Origin: an uncultured Chloroflexia bacterium
GTDB lineage: Bacteria > Chloroflexota > Anaerolineae > Anaerolineales > UBA4823
Assembly: GCA_963827155.1 (NCBI GenBank)
Contig: CAWGZV010000002.1
Coordinates: 3,287,237-3,351,236, forward strand
Length of the DNA stretch: 64,000 nt
Direction of reading: 5' to 3'
The translations under genes were made by a program, and so were the position numbers. Numbering within the stretch: position 1 is the first letter of the stretch; each line of letters begins with the position of its first letter. This document shows, one piece after another, positions 20,309 to 29,117 of the stretch. The notes beneath the pieces were generated by a model that worked only from the letters and a program-made list of their open reading frames with translations, ran no database searches and was not told the origin of the DNA.

Positions 20309-21415
20309 ATGCCACACATTTATCCATTTACTGCAGTAGTTGGTCAAGAGCGCATGAAACGCGCTCTCGTTTTAAATGCAGTCAACCCGCGTATCGGTGG
20401 CGTCTTGATTCGCGGCGAACGCGGAACCGCCAAGTCTACCGCAGCGCGCGCGATGGCTGCTCTTCTCCCTAAAATTGAGGTGTTTTCAGATTCACCTTTC
20501 AATGATAACCCGAATGAACCGAACACCTGGTCTGACTGGGCGAAAGATCATTATAAGGATGCCGTGTCGCTGGATATCTCCTACCGTCAAATCCGCTTCG
20601 TTGACCTTCCCGTTAGCGCTACTGAAGATCGGGTGGTCGGGACGCTAGATATTGAAAAAGCAATCCAGAAAGGCGAGCGCCATTTTGAGCCAGGCGTGCT
20701 TGCAGCTGCGAACCGAGGTCTTTTGTATATTGATGAGGTCAATCTCCTCGATGATCATGTGGTCGACTTGCTTCTCGACTCTGCAGCAATGGGCATGAAC
20801 ATCGTTGAGCGTGAAGGAATTTCTTTCTCTCATCCATCTCGTTTCATCCTGGTTGGAACGATGAATCCCGAGGAAGGCGATCTCCGTCCCCAACTGCTCG
20901 ACCGGTTTGCCCTTTCAGTGGAGATCCACGGCATCCGTGAAGCCCGAGAGAGAGTTCTGATCATGCAGCGCAACCTGGCATTTGAAGATGATCCTGAGAA
21001 TTTCTATCAGCAGTGGCAGCCGCGCGAGCAGGAAGTTTCCCGTCAGATCGAGCAGGCGCGTCTCATTCTGGATAAGGTCACATATTCCAACAGGGACCTG
21101 ATTGCGATTGCCTCACTGACTTCTTCTTTGAATGTTGACGGTCATCGCGCAGATCTTGTCATTCTCAAGACAGCCCGTGCTCACGCGGCATTTGAGGGGC
21201 GCACTGAGATCTCCGAGCGCGATATTGCGCTTGCCGCCGAACTGGCGCTTCCTCACCGAATTAAGCGCGGTCCTTTCCACCAGGCTGAGATGACCATGGA
21301 AGACCTCCAGGAGCGGATCGAACAGCTCCAGGGCGCTACTCCTAACCAGCCTGAAATGGAGCCAGTCCCAGATGAGGAATCCACCGGCGAAAAAAAAAGA
21401 TCCGGTGACGGCTGA
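20309..21415 (+). CDS. ChlI/BchI-type AAA+ ATPase (Mg-chelatase subunit I family)
   Basis: YPFTAVVGQERMK, Walker A RGERGTAKST, Walker B LLYIDEVNLLDDH, GTMNPEEGDLRPQLLDRF. Ends 17 nt after an A9 tract. Confidence 0.85.
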   Translation: MPHIYPFTAVVGQERMKRALVLNAVNPRIGGVLIRGERGTAKSTAARAMAALLPKIEVFSDSPFNDNPNEPNTWSDWAKDHYKDAVSLDISYRQIRFVDLPVSATEDRVVGTLDIEKAIQKGERHFEPGVLAAANRGLLYIDEVNLLDDHVVDLLLDSAAMGMNIVEREGISFSHPSRFILVGTMNPEEGDLRPQLLDRFALSVEIHGIREARERVLIMQRNLAFEDDPENFYQQWQPREQEVSRQIEQARLILDKVTYSNRDLIAIASLTSSLNVDGHRADLVILKTARAHAAFEGRTEISERDIALAAELALPHRIKRGPFHQAEMTMEDLQERIEQLQGATPNQPEMEPVPDEESTGEKKRSGDG

Positions 21416-22355
21416 AATTTCCGAAGAAGAATCCAGCCAATCTCCCCCATCCGATCCATCCCGCCAGAATGTTTTTGATCAGCTCAGCGCAAACTGGTGG
21501 GAGGGCGGCGAAAAAGTAAAGATCGGGCAGACTTTTCTCCCACGAAAAATTCAAAATCCTCTAGACCGGATAAACCGGCGTTACGGCGGTCGCCGATCGC
21601 GGACGCACACCGAACGAAAACGCGGCCGCTACATCCAGTCTCGCCCAGCCAAAGGGAAGACGGACGATCTTGCTTTCGATGCAACTTTACGCGCCGCTGC
21701 CCCATATCAGAAAAACCGAATCTCCCAGCGCAAGCAAGTTGCCTTCGCTATTCAAAAAAGTGATCTTCAGCGCAAAGTGCGGATCAAAAAAGCCGCCAAC
21801 CTTATCCTTTTTGTGGTTGACGCATCCTGGTCAATGGCAGTGGCTGAACGCATGGCTGCCACGAAAGGCGCCATTCTATCACTGCTCACCGATGCCTACC
21901 AGCGGCGAGACCGGGTTGGTTTGGTCGTATTCCAAAAGAACCGCGCAACGCTTATCCTGCCGCCCACCAATTCTGTCCAGCTCGCCCAACATGCCCTGGC
22001 AGACATCCCTGTCGGAGGAAAGACTCCACTCTCGGCAGGTTTGTACATGGCACATGAAGTCGTCGAAAAAGAGCGCATTATCCATCCCGATGTCAATCCG
22101 TTGATCATTCTGCTAACCGATGGCGCCGGCAATGTATCAATGACCAGCCTGCCGCCTCAGGAGGAATCGAACCGGCTGGCAGACCGCATAGCCTCCGATG
22201 AAATCCGCTCTGTCGTCATCAACATGGAACATGCAGCATTTGACCAGGGGCTGGCAAAAAATCTTGCCGATCATCTTAAAGCAGCGTGTTACACTCTGAG
22301 CGATTTGAAAGCCGAAGTTCTTTACCAGAAAGTCCGCGAAGAGATGGGCTCTTGA
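21372..22355 (+). CDS. von Willebrand factor A (VWA) domain protein, ChlD C-terminal-like
   Basis: Acidic/Pro-rich N-terminus followed by a VWA domain with the MIDAS motif (ILFVVDASWSM). Overlaps the ChlI-like ORF by 44 nt, in the frame reached by deleting one A of the A9 tract. Confidence 0.8.
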   Translation: MRNPPAKKKDPVTAEISEEESSQSPPSDPSRQNVFDQLSANWWEGGEKVKIGQTFLPRKIQNPLDRINRRYGGRRSRTHTERKRGRYIQSRPAKGKTDDLAFDATLRAAAPYQKNRISQRKQVAFAIQKSDLQRKVRIKKAANLILFVVDASWSMAVAERMAATKGAILSLLTDAYQRRDRVGLVVFQKNRATLILPPTNSVQLAQHALADIPVGGKTPLSAGLYMAHEVVEKERIIHPDVNPLIILLTDGAGNVSMTSLPPQEESNRLADRIASDEIRSVVINMEHAAFDQGLAKNLADHLKAACYTLSDLKAEVLYQKVREEMGS

Positions 22356-22398
22356 GTTTTCACAGTTTTTTTCCTAAACTATTTTTCTGTTCCTCCTG

Positions 22399-22791
22399 GA
22401 ATATCCCAATATATTGAATATATTGATTCTTAGTAGTCGTAGTAGGTGTTGTGGATATGTGGATAGAATTGAACGCAATCGATTGTTATCCTCTTCGGTG
22501 CTGGTCGTTCGCTGCAGTCCCCCCATTCCTGGGATCGATTAAATTAAATCTCCATCGAACAGCTGTGGATAGAAACAGCCTCAAAAAAGGACAGAAGCTA
22601 AAAGTAAAATCCAATCTCAGGAATGGCTGAAAATAAAGATGTTAATCCAATAAACGGCGGATTTTTCCCGTCTTAATTCGAACAAAATTGCGAGTTTTCC
22701 CCAATTTTTGGGTTTTATCCACAGATTTTCCCGAGTTATCCACAGTTTTTCATCAGGTGTTCCAGGATCTCATAGGTCCTTCTGTGGATTA
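22399..22791. other. Candidate chromosomal replication origin (oriC-like DnaA-box cluster with DnaA-trios and an AT-rich unwinding flank)
   Basis: Perfect TTATCCACA boxes at 22715-22723 and 22736-22744. One-mismatch boxes on the other strand: TGTGGATAT 22450-22458, TGTGGATAG 22458-22466, TGTGGATAG 22564-22572, TGTGGATTA 22783-22791. A TAG TAG TCG TAG TAG array (22431-22445) sits 4 nt from the tandem boxes, next to an AT-rich stretch at 22399-22430. All of this lies in a 555-bp non-coding gap. Confidence 0.65.
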
Positions 22792-22910
22792 TTTGCAATA
22801 AAAACGAAATCGCCAGCAGCAATTTGCTAACCATCTCCCGTTTTGTAACCCTCATAAATTCGCTGCATCTAAGGTTTGCATTATATATTTGTAAAAGGAG
22901 ATAGAACTTC

Positions 22911-23309
22911 ATGGAAATGATGATTGACTTCCCCGGTGGATCCCGAGTCGATGCTCACTTTGGAAATTTTACAGTGCAAACGGATCAACCACCAGTTGCG
23001 AGTGCGCCAAGCCCGTTTGCTACATTTCTTGCTTCCATCGGCACCTGTGCGGGGATTTATGTGTTGGGTTTCTGTCAACAGCGCGGGCTGCCTTCCGAAG
23101 GCATTCGAATTATTCAGCACATGCATACTGACCCGTCGAATGGATTAGTAGGAAAAATTGACCTGGAGATTCAGGTTCCTCCTACATTCCCAGAGAAATA
23201 CCTTCCGGCCCTTGTTAAAAGCGCTGAACTCTGTGCAGTTAAAAAACACCTTGAACAGCCGCCTCAATTTGAGATTTTCACGCGCACAGCAGAGCTGACG
23301 CACTCATGA
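22911..23309 (+). CDS. OsmC/Ohr-family protein
   Basis: 132 aa with an OsmC-like pattern (FLASIGTCAGIYVLGFCQQRG...SAELCAVKKHL). SD AAAGGAGA upstream. Confidence 0.8.
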   Translation: MEMMIDFPGGSRVDAHFGNFTVQTDQPPVASAPSPFATFLASIGTCAGIYVLGFCQQRGLPSEGIRIIQHMHTDPSNGLVGKIDLEIQVPPTFPEKYLPALVKSAELCAVKKHLEQPPQFEIFTRTAELTHS

Positions 23310-23350
23310 CTATCTCTCAAGAATACGCTGAAACCAATCGTTAAGAAAGG

Positions 23351-23373
23351 CAGCGGATAATCATTATCCGCTG
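23351..23373. terminator. 10-bp perfect hairpin between the convergent osmC-like gene and tRNA-Leu
   Basis: CAGCGGATAA-tca-TTATCCGCTG. The T-richness is modest and only on the tRNA side. Confidence 0.5.
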
Positions 23374-23385
23374 CATCTTCCTCAG

Positions 23386-23467
23386 TGCCGAAGGTGGGAA
23401 TCGAACCCACACTCCCGAGGGAACACGATTTTGAGTCGTGCGCGTCTGCCAGTTCCGCCACTCCGGC
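23386..23467 (-). tRNA. tRNA-Leu (anticodon CAA), long variable arm, no encoded CCA
   Basis: The reverse complement folds as a cloverleaf: acceptor GCCGGAG/CTTCGGC, anticodon stem CACGA/TCGTG with loop CTCAAAA, variable arm TTCCCTCGGGAGT, T-arm GTGGG-TTCGATT-CCCAC. Confidence 0.9.
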
Positions 23468-23481
23468 TAATTCGCAGGGAT

Positions 23482-23510
23482 AGTATATCGAAATCTGTGA
23501 CGGAGGTCAA
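23482..23510 (-). promoter_or_regulatory. Sigma-70-like promoter for tRNA-Leu
   Basis: On the minus strand: TTGACC (23510-23505), a 17-nt spacer, then TATACT (23487-23482). The -10 element ends 14 nt upstream of the tRNA 5' end. Confidence 0.5.
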
Positions 23511-23753
23511 GACGCCCCGGTTTTATTTATTTCGATATTTTGATATCTGAAAACTGGAAAGATCCTTCTTCCCCGCGAAATTTTTCGCTTGCGGTCCGAA
23601 TTCTCAAAATTTCTGTTTCGGTTATAATGATCGCTTGGATTAAGAAGCTGCCTGGAGAAATTGCTTCTCGCCAATAGCCTGCTACTGTTCAGCGCCGCAA
23701 TCCTGTAATAGTTCAATGACGCAAAACGAATAGATAGGAACGATTGATTCCCC

Positions 23754-24833
23754 ATGCGCTTAGGTATCATTGGTCTACCGCAATCTGGGAAGACCACCAT
23801 CTTTAATGCCCTTACCCGCGGAGATGCGCCTGTTTCGATGAGCGGAGGCCGGATCGAAATCCGCACAGCAGTCGTGGATGTTCCGGATCCGCGTGTGGAT
23901 CATCTTGCTGAGATGTTTCATCCGCAAAAAACGACTTATGCCAAAGTCACCTATGCCGATATCAACGGCCTTGAGACGGGTTCCGGACAGGTCAGCAAAT
24001 CCGGAATTTCTGGCCAGCTCCTAAATCAGCTCAGCCAGATGGATGGCTTTGTCCATGTGGTTCGCAGCTTTGAAAACGCCAGCGTCCCTCACCCGGCGGG
24101 GAGCCTTGATCCGCAGCGGGATATCACTGTAATGGATGCCGAGCTGTCGCTTAATGATTTGATCGCAGTCGAGCGTAAGCTCGAGCGGCTGGTGGAGGAA
24201 AAGAAGAAAAGCAGCGGTCGGGATAAGGCTCAAATAGATCGAGAGCTTGAGCTTTTTGAACAGTTTCATGGGGTTCTTTCGACAGGCGCTCCACTCCGCG
24301 ATCTAGACCTTGGTTCAGAAGGGGAACGATTAGTTTCTGGTTTTGGGCTGCTTACTCTCAAACCCGTCCTTATCGTTTGCAATGTTGGTGACGGAGAAAT
24401 TCCACCTTTTTTGACATACTCGCATAAGCGAAGTGCGATCTTGGCGCTTCAAGGCCGACTGGAAATGGATCTGGCCCAGCTCCCGGCTGATGAGGCCGCC
24501 CTCTTTATGGAAGAGTTTGGCGTTGAAGAACTCGGACTCCAAAAAGTGATTCACCAATCGTATGAGCTGCTCGGTCAGATGTCTTTCTTCACAGTCGGCG
24601 AAGATGAGGTGCGAGCCTGGACGGTAAGGCGAGGCGCTTCCGCTCTTGAGGCTGCCGGTGCAATCCATACCGATCTGCAGAAAGGTTTTATTCGCGCCGA
24701 AGTCATCGAATACCACACGCTCCTCTCGCTCGGAGGAATCGCTGAAGCCCGCGCCAAAGGTCGTTTGCGGCTGGAAGGGAAAGATTATTCTATTCAGGAC
24801 GGGGAGATCATGCACGTCCGTTTCAATTTGTGA
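23754..24833 (+). CDS. ychF: Redox-regulated ribosome-binding ATPase YchF
   Basis: G1 motif GLPQSGKTTIFNALT and a C-terminal TGS-like region (FIRAEVI...GKDYSIQDGEIMHVRFN). Confidence 0.9.
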   Translation: MRLGIIGLPQSGKTTIFNALTRGDAPVSMSGGRIEIRTAVVDVPDPRVDHLAEMFHPQKTTYAKVTYADINGLETGSGQVSKSGISGQLLNQLSQMDGFVHVVRSFENASVPHPAGSLDPQRDITVMDAELSLNDLIAVERKLERLVEEKKKSSGRDKAQIDRELELFEQFHGVLSTGAPLRDLDLGSEGERLVSGFGLLTLKPVLIVCNVGDGEIPPFLTYSHKRSAILALQGRLEMDLAQLPADEAALFMEEFGVEELGLQKVIHQSYELLGQMSFFTVGEDEVRAWTVRRGASALEAAGAIHTDLQKGFIRAEVIEYHTLLSLGGIAEARAKGRLRLEGKDYSIQDGEIMHVRFNL

Positions 24834-24860
24834 CTTTGTAGCTCTGAAAGCGAGGAACAA

Positions 24861-26627
24861 ATGTCTCCTTACACAGTCTCGACTTGGAGCTTGACAGATC
24901 TTTTCCCAGGCTTTGACAGCCCAGAGATGAAGCAAGGTCTTGAAACCCTGCAATCCACTGCCGATGGGTTTGCCGAACGACGCGTTGAATTGATCGAAGA
25001 TATCCAGCCTGAGAGATTTCTAGAAATCCTGCGTCAGTTCGAAGAAATCAGCCGGCTGGCTTCGCGGATTAATGCCTTTGCTAGCTTGAATTTTTCCGCC
25101 GATACTCAGGATCAAACTGCGCAGACTTTCCTGGCCCAAATTCAGCAAGTTCTGGCAGGGGTAGAAAACCGGACACTCTTCTTCAGTCTGTGGTGGAAAG
25201 CGCTAGGTGATGCGTCCGCCCAACACTTGATGGAGGCATCAGGCGACTATCATGCCTGGTTGGAGCAGATGCGCCTCTTCAAGCCTTATACGCTGAGCGA
25301 ACCTGAAGAATCCATAATTAATGTAAAGAATACAACCGGCTTCAGCGCATTGACCACGCTCTACAATTCTCTTACCAATCGCTATGCTTTTAATCTAAAG
25401 ATTGAAGGGGAAGCAAAAGAGCTCACCCGCGGCGAATTGATGGTCCATGTACGCAGGAACGATCCTAATCTGAGAGCGGCTGCCTATCAAGAGCTCTATC
25501 GCGTGTTCGGTCAGGATGGACCAATTTTAGGGCAGATCTACCAGACCCTGGTGCGAGATTGGCATAACGAGCAGCAGGAAATGCGCGGTTTTGCTTCTCC
25601 GCTCTCAGCAAGGAATTTGACGAATGACATCCCGGACTCGGTTGTCGACACGCTCCTCGATGTCAGCCAGAAGAATACTCAAATATTCCAGCGTTTCTTC
25701 CGCCTGAAAGCACGCCTCATGGGGATGGATAAGCTTAGGCGTTATGATATTTATGCACCGGTAGTTGCATCAGAAAAAACATATCTCTTTGAGCAAGCCG
25801 CCGAGTTGGTTCTTGAATCGTTTGCGCGTTTTGATCCCCGCCTAGATAAGCTGGCCAGGCGGGTTTTTGATGAGCGCCGGCTGGACAGCTCGGTGCGAAA
25901 GGGCAAACGCAACGGCGCCTTCTGCTATACCGTATCCCCAGAACTGACACCCTGGGTGCTGGTGAACTACCAGATGCGAGCAGAAGATGTCGCCACGCTT
26001 GCTCATGAGCTTGGGCACGCCGTCCATTCAATGCTCGCAGAGCATCACAATCTTTTCACTCAGCAGTCTTCCCTCCCGCTGGCTGAAACCGCTTCAACCT
26101 TTGGCGAGATGATGTTAATCGACCGGCTGCTTGAACAAGAAAGCGATGAATCTGTCCATCGAGATCTGCTCTTCCGACAGGTGGAGGATTCTTATGCAAC
26201 CATCATGCGCCAGACCTACTTCGCCCTTTTCGAACGAGAAGCGCATGGGATGGTTCAACACGGCGCATCCGTGGACGATCTTGCCGAAGCCTACCTAAAG
26301 AATTTACTGGATCAATTTGGTGATTCGATCTGGGTCGCTCCCGAATTTCGATGGGAATGGGTATCGATTCCTCACATCTATCATGTCCCATTCTATGTAT
26401 ACGCTTATGCTTTTGGTCAGCTGCTTGTGCTTTCTCTCTACGAGCAGTATAAAACTGAAGGTGACCCGTTTAAGCCTCGCTACCTGGATATCCTCTCGGC
26501 GGGTGGATCAGATTCGCCAGTGCAAATCCTATTGGCTGCTGGAATTGATGTGTATGATCCAGCGTTCTGGCAGGGCGGCTTTGATGTTATTGCCCAGCTG
26601 GTAGATCAGCTGGAACAGCTCCACTGA
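24861..26627 (+). CDS. M3B-family oligoendopeptidase F
   Basis: Zinc motif HELGHAVH and length typical of PepF (588 aa). Confidence 0.85.
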   Translation: MSPYTVSTWSLTDLFPGFDSPEMKQGLETLQSTADGFAERRVELIEDIQPERFLEILRQFEEISRLASRINAFASLNFSADTQDQTAQTFLAQIQQVLAGVENRTLFFSLWWKALGDASAQHLMEASGDYHAWLEQMRLFKPYTLSEPEESIINVKNTTGFSALTTLYNSLTNRYAFNLKIEGEAKELTRGELMVHVRRNDPNLRAAAYQELYRVFGQDGPILGQIYQTLVRDWHNEQQEMRGFASPLSARNLTNDIPDSVVDTLLDVSQKNTQIFQRFFRLKARLMGMDKLRRYDIYAPVVASEKTYLFEQAAELVLESFARFDPRLDKLARRVFDERRLDSSVRKGKRNGAFCYTVSPELTPWVLVNYQMRAEDVATLAHELGHAVHSMLAEHHNLFTQQSSLPLAETASTFGEMMLIDRLLEQESDESVHRDLLFRQVEDSYATIMRQTYFALFEREAHGMVQHGASVDDLAEAYLKNLLDQFGDSIWVAPEFRWEWVSIPHIYHVPFYVYAYAFGQLLVLSLYEQYKTEGDPFKPRYLDILSAGGSDSPVQILLAAGIDVYDPAFWQGGFDVIAQLVDQLEQLH

Positions 26628-26681
26628 TCTAGAAAAGCGGTCAACCCTGGAGGCTGTTCTCCGGCTGCATGAGGACTGCTT

Positions 26682-27068
26682 TTAAAAGGGAAATTCTTCT
26701 TCGTCGGTCGGGGGAGGAGCGGGTGGTTCGTTTTCGTCCGCTTTGCGATCCAGCATCTGCATCTGCGCCGCCACAACTTTAGTGGACGTGCGCTTCTCTC
26801 CTTCATGCTCGTATTGGTCAGTTTGCAGGCGGCCCTCAACAAAGATCAGGCTCCCTTTTTTAAGATGCTCCTGGCAAACCTCACCCAGCCGACCCCAAGC
26901 CTCCACATTGAACCAATCGGTGGCTTCTTTTGCTTCACCTTCAGAGCTGATCCATCGCCGGTTAACGGCCACGCTGAACTTGCATACCTTCTTCCCGCTA
27001 GGTGTAAAACGGGTCTCTGGGTCTCTGCCCAGATTGCCAATCAACTGAACTCGATTGAGAGCGGGCAT
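26682..27068 (-). CDS. ssb: Single-stranded DNA-binding protein
   Basis: MPALNRVQLIGNLGRDPE OB-fold N-terminus and an acidic tip DEEEFPF. ATG 27068 is preceded by AAAGGAGG; the track start at 27086 is less likely. Confidence 0.9.
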   Translation of the reverse strand: MPALNRVQLIGNLGRDPETRFTPSGKKVCKFSVAVNRRWISSEGEAKEATDWFNVEAWGRLGEVCQEHLKKGSLIFVEGRLQTDQYEHEGEKRTSTKVVAAQMQMLDRKADENEPPAPPPTDEEEFPF

Positions 27069-27121
27069 TCTTCCTCCTTTATGCATCAGGGTTATCGAAG
27101 ATGAATATACACAGCTATTTT

Positions 27122-27149
27122 AGTTTAGCGCGAGTTATAAGATTGTCAA
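27122..27149 (-). promoter_or_regulatory. Sigma-70-like promoter for ssb
   Basis: On the minus strand: TTGACA (27149-27144), a 16-nt spacer, then TAAACT (27127-27122). Confidence 0.4.
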
Positions 27150-27287
27150 GCGTCCAAATCCGATCCTTGCAGTGTTGCAATCTTATTGAAACGCTGGTAT
27201 GCTTGAGGCAGTCTGGCTAGAAAGCCTGCCGAGGCACAGCAATACATATTGTATATTTTAGCAATCCAGCAACAATAATTACAGGGC

Positions 27288-27950
27288 GTGGATATGTATA
27301 TTGCGATCGAAGGTGTGATTGGAGTAGGCAAGACAACTCTGGCTCGCATGCTTCAGCCTGCATTTGGTGCAGGCCTTTTGCTCGAGGTTTTCGAGGAAAA
27401 TCCCTTCCTCTCCGATTTTTATTCTGACCGCACTCGATACGCTTTCCAAACCCAAATTTTTTTCTTGCTCAGCCGCTATCACCAACAGCGTCGGACAGTA
27501 ACCACGCTCTTAAGCCAGCACTCCCATCTAATCGCAGACTACACCTTCGAAAAGGACGCTCTCTTTGCAGAGATCAACCTGGCGGGCGACGAGCTCGATA
27601 TGTACTACCGCGTTCATGAAGCTCTTGCCGAAAAAATTGTCCCACCTGACCTGATCGTCTATCTGCGCGCCGATACAGAAGTTTTATTGGGTCGAATTGC
27701 CTTTCGAGATCGCCCGTACGAACGCAATATGGAGCGCTCCTATATCGAACAACTCCGCAAGGGTTATGATGAATTTTTTACAGACCAAAAATCTCGGCGC
27801 TCCCCTGTTTTGGTAGTGGATACCAATTACCTGGATTTCGTCCACAGCCAAGAAGACTTAGCCTGGGTGGAGACGCGCATCCGCCAGACGCTCCGGCTGC
27901 CGCCTTTTCAGACCGAGCTGCCGCTCCCGCTTTCTGATCAAGTCGGATGA
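27288..27950 (+). CDS. Deoxynucleoside kinase family protein
   Basis: P-loop IEGVIGVGKTTLARML and dNK-like ERS/DRY-type segments. The start is GTG 27288 or ATG 27294. Confidence 0.8.
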   Translation: MDMYIAIEGVIGVGKTTLARMLQPAFGAGLLLEVFEENPFLSDFYSDRTRYAFQTQIFFLLSRYHQQRRTVTTLLSQHSHLIADYTFEKDALFAEINLAGDELDMYYRVHEALAEKIVPPDLIVYLRADTEVLLGRIAFRDRPYERNMERSYIEQLRKGYDEFFTDQKSRRSPVLVVDTNYLDFVHSQEDLAWVETRIRQTLRLPPFQTELPLPLSDQVG

Positions 27951-28007
27951 ATGATTTCTAGCGTTTGAGAATTATTTTACAGAGAGAAACGGATCTCACA
28001 GACAGTT

Positions 28008-29024
28008 ATGCGCATTACCCGGGATTTTATTCAAAAATATACCCATGAATTTATTGAGCGCCGGGTATTTACCAGACATGATCTCATAGCTGTTTGCATG
28101 TGCGGTTCTTTTCTAAGAGAAAATTACCTGCTCGGCGGGGCCGGCGATGTCGATCTCTTCATGATCCACCTGGATACGCCCTCACTTAACCGTGAAATTG
28201 TTCGCATCACCGAAGATATCCATCTCGATATCGCCCATTTCAGCCAGCAGGATTTCCGAGATACACGCCGGCTGCGCATCGATCCCTGGATCGGTCCATC
28301 TCTGAATACATGTAAGATTTTATATGACAACCAGCATTTCATGGATTTTGTCCAGGCCAGCATCCGAGGCCAATTCGACCGCACAGATTATATCTATCAG
28401 CGCGTCCGTCCGCTCGCGGCGCAGGCACGCGAGACCTGGTTTCACCTGCAGTCCGAACAACCCGAATCCGAAGCCGCAGCCATCCAGAATTACTTGCAGG
28501 CGGTCGGAATGGCGGCGAATGCCATCGCCAGTTTGAGTGGACCTCCTCTCACGCCGCGGCGTATGCTTCTGGAGTTTCTTCAGAGGGCCGAAAGCCAAAA
28601 CCATCCTGGCTTCTATCATGGTCTGCTTGGACTGTTGGGAGCGCCGAAATTTGATCCGCTTCAGCTAGAAGGTTGGCTCAGCGCCTGGGAGGCTGCCTTC
28701 AGGGCATTACCCGAATTTAAAAAGCCAACTCGCCTGCATCCGGATCGCTTGAAGTACTACCTCGAGTCATTCAAGGCGATCTCTAACAGCGAACGACCGT
28801 TCACCTTGCTCTGGCCGCTCCTGACCACATGGACAGCGCTGATTGTCGCTTTGCCAGCCGACTCGCCGCACATCCATGCCTGGCAGCAGGCTGCCGCCAG
28901 CCTGGAGTTACTCGGACCAGCCCTGAATGAACGCATTCTTGCCCTTGACGCTTACCTGGATATGGTTGAGGAGACGATTGAGAGTTGGGCTCAGAACAAT
29001 GGCGTTTGGGAAGCAGATCAATAA
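28008..29024 (+). CDS. Hypothetical protein with a nucleotidyltransferase-fold N-terminus
   Basis: CGSFLRENYLLGGAGDVDLFMI fits the GS-x(n)-DxD minimal NTase pattern. The C-terminal region looks helical. Function unknown. Confidence 0.6.
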   Translation: MRITRDFIQKYTHEFIERRVFTRHDLIAVCMCGSFLRENYLLGGAGDVDLFMIHLDTPSLNREIVRITEDIHLDIAHFSQQDFRDTRRLRIDPWIGPSLNTCKILYDNQHFMDFVQASIRGQFDRTDYIYQRVRPLAAQARETWFHLQSEQPESEAAAIQNYLQAVGMAANAIASLSGPPLTPRRMLLEFLQRAESQNHPGFYHGLLGLLGAPKFDPLQLEGWLSAWEAAFRALPEFKKPTRLHPDRLKYYLESFKAISNSERPFTLLWPLLTTWTALIVALPADSPHIHAWQQAAASLELLGPALNERILALDAYLDMVEETIESWAQNNGVWEADQ

Positions 29025-29040
29025 TGTTTCACGTGAAACA
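29025..29040. other. parS centromere-like site, perfect consensus
   Basis: TGTTTCACGTGAAACA, a perfect 16-bp palindrome identical to the widely conserved ParB-binding consensus (tGTTtCAcGTGAAAca). It follows immediately after the stop codon at 29022-29024. Confidence 0.75.
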
Positions 29041-29091
29041 ACTCTTTGAAAAAATCGGGCTCGTCTGAATCTTCCCAAATTTCCCCAAAAA

Positions 29092-29107
29092 AGTTTCACG
29101 TGAAACA
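29092..29107. other. Second parS site (15/16 match)
   Basis: AGTTTCACGTGAAACA, 67 bp (start to start) from the first site, in the same convergent intergenic gap. Confidence 0.7.
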
Positions 29108-29117
29108 TATCTTTACA

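Noticed and set aside
21390-21398. The A9 tract as a programmed frameshift or phase-variation switch
   Set aside because: This is not excluded, but it is not the default explanation. At least five other genes in the window show the same one-extra-base-in-a-homopolymer lesion, including essential rpsA, so an assembly artefact is more parsimonious. It is kept as a finding to be checked against reads.
23341-23753. tRNA-Leu as an integration hotspot for a genomic island or prophage
   Set aside because: No integrase, no direct repeat of the tRNA 3' end and no phage-like genes occur on either side. The flanking genes (osmC-like, ychF) are ordinary chromosomal genes.
23264-23866. Track ORFs 23264..23461 and 23507..23866 on the minus strand
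   Set aside because: The first is superimposed on tRNA-Leu. The second spans the tRNA promoter, the ychF leader and the ychF start, and has no motif. Both are spurious.
29025-29107. The two GTTTCACGTGAAAC palindromes as intrinsic terminators or transcription-factor operators
   Set aside because: They are loop-less palindromes without T-tracts, and they lie in a convergent gap with no promoter to regulate. Their exact identity to the ParB parS consensus is a far better explanation.
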